Part shown: positions 7,859 through 8,475 of the stretch, one piece after another | Position numbering within the stretch: position 1 is the first letter of the stretch | Layout of the letters: each line of letters starts with the position of its first letter | Virus record (IMG/VR): IMGVR_UViG_3300011118_000528 | Location: 1 to 8,475 of that record | Direction: 5' to 3' (one strand) | Length of the DNA stretch: 8,475 nucleotides | Notes under the pieces: generated by a model | What the model was told of the DNA's origin: nothing | What the model saw: only the letters and a program-made list of their open reading frames with translations | The model's database searches: none | Made by a program: the position numbers and the translations under genes

Positions 7859-8246
7859 CTTTACCCTTACATATGGCTGACAACTTGATTCTGTAATCAC
7901 TTCGCAAATCTTTGATACATACTGGAGAATCGCTGTATAGTTGGTCGTAGTACTCCAGCACCAAGTTAGCCATAGTTTTCTTAATAATCAGGTAAGGCAG
8001 CAGAAGTTCTATAGTATCTATAGCATCCTTGCCACGCCACACTAATCTATATATTTTCTTTCGGCCATACCTTTTCTGGCCATAAATGTGCCCAGGTAGT
8101 AAGGCATTGATATAGTGAATAACACGCTCATCAGAGTTGGTAATCTGAGCGATAATGGATGAGTTAAATCCATTCCTTGAAATCATCAGGCAGCCTTCGC
8201 CATCGAAGAAGCCCGCTACATATGCTAGACTCTCGTTAGCCTCCAT
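7851..8246 (-). CDS. Single-motif LAGLIDADG homing endonuclease-like protein, free-standing
   Basis: LAYVAGFFDGEGCL motif near the N-terminus, IxNSD, YRLVW and LLPYLIIKK motifs. Start most likely ATG 8246 or 8249, because ATG 8258 lies inside the predicted -10 box. Confidence 0.9.
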   Translation of the reverse strand: MEANESLAYVAGFFDGEGCLMISRNGFNSSIIAQITNSDERVIHYINALLPGHIYGQKRYGRKKIYRLVWRGKDAIDTIELLLPYLIIKKTMANLVLEYYDQLYSDSPVCIKDLRSDYRIKLSAICKGKDG

Positions 8247-8253
8247 CATGACT

Positions 8254-8282
8254 AGCATAACACAATGCGATTATCAATGCAA
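8254..8282 (-). promoter_or_regulatory. sigma70-type promoter for the packaging operon, probably giving a leaderless mRNA
   Basis: Minus strand TTGCAT (8282-8277), 17 nt, TATGCT (8259-8254) with extended -10 TGn; ATG codons follow after gaps of 4 and 7 nt. Confidence 0.6.
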
Positions 8283-8329
8283 GGATAACCCATCATACGA
8301 TTATTTTATTACATAGTGATTAAGGAAGG

Positions 8330-8358
8330 TTGACAATAGATGCTGGATATGATACAAT
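8330..8358 (+). promoter_or_regulatory. Near-consensus sigma70-type promoter, divergent
   Basis: TTGACA (8330-8335), 17 nt, TACAAT (8353-8358) with extended -10 TG; AT-rich upstream tract. Confidence 0.85.
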
Positions 8359-8369
8359 GGTAATTAAAT

Positions 8370-8375
8370 GAGGTG
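8370..8375 (+). promoter_or_regulatory. Shine-Dalgarno site GAGGTG
   Basis: Lies 4 nt before ATG 8380. Confidence 0.75.
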
Positions 8376-8379
8376 AATA

Positions 8380-8475
8380 ATGAGAAGCAAAATAGGAAAC
8401 AAAAACAAAGACAAGTTTGAGCTGTCATGCTGTCTTTGTGGAACTAGAACAGACTTAGCACAGGTAGCTCACAGA
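8380..8475 (+). CDS. Partial ORF (runs off right edge) with CxxC motif, possible Zn-finger or HNH-like protein
   Basis: MRSKIGNKNKDKFELSCCLCGTRTDLAQVAHR; own promoter and SD; only 32 codons visible. Confidence 0.6.
   Translation, partial: MRSKIGNKNKDKFELSCCLCGTRTDLAQVAHR

Larger units (their letters stand above)
1..8475. mobile_element. Tailed phage/prophage DNA-packaging and virion morphogenesis region
   Basis: Co-oriented, overlapping TerS-like, TerL and portal-like genes plus holin-like genes; no host housekeeping genes; no att site or integrase in the window, so free versus integrated cannot be told. Confidence 0.93.

Noticed and set aside
7859-7900. Track start of the terS ORF at 7900
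   Set aside because: Would overlap the LAGLIDADG gene by 50 nt; ATG 7858 has an SD-like site and a coupling overlap.
7851-8258. Group I intron or intein hosting the LAGLIDADG ORF
   Set aside because: No interrupted host gene, no flanking non-coding space, no intein C/S...HN termini.
8262-8280. Fur-box-like GATAAT element
   Set aside because: Only one half-site; no 7-1-7 inverted repeat.
1-8475. Stop-codon reassignment, CRISPR array, tRNA, intrinsic terminators, cos/pac site
   Set aside because: TAA, TAG and TGA all end genes at tight junctions; no spaced repeats, cloverleaf or hairpin plus U-tract seen; a packaging site cannot be identified from sequence alone.

Overview
Fragment of a tailed dsDNA phage or prophage (Caudoviricetes, podovirus-like portal) in standard genetic code, with bacterial sigma70-type promoters and Shine-Dalgarno sites. 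One tightly coupled minus-strand operon runs from about 8246 off the left edge: free-standing LAGLIDADG endonuclease, putative TerS, small Arg-rich protein, 1-TM holin-like protein, TerL, 2-TM holin-like protein, papain/transglutaminase-like Cys peptidase, small membrane protein, portal, and a >786-aa glycine-zipper protein (probable ejection/internal virion protein) that the ORF track missed. A divergent promoter drives a partial CxxC protein at the right edge. The most interesting feature is the three-gene holin-like/Cys-protease/membrane-protein cassette between terL and portal, a candidate proteolytic (non-muramidase) lysis system. All family calls come from motif recognition by eye; no searches were run.
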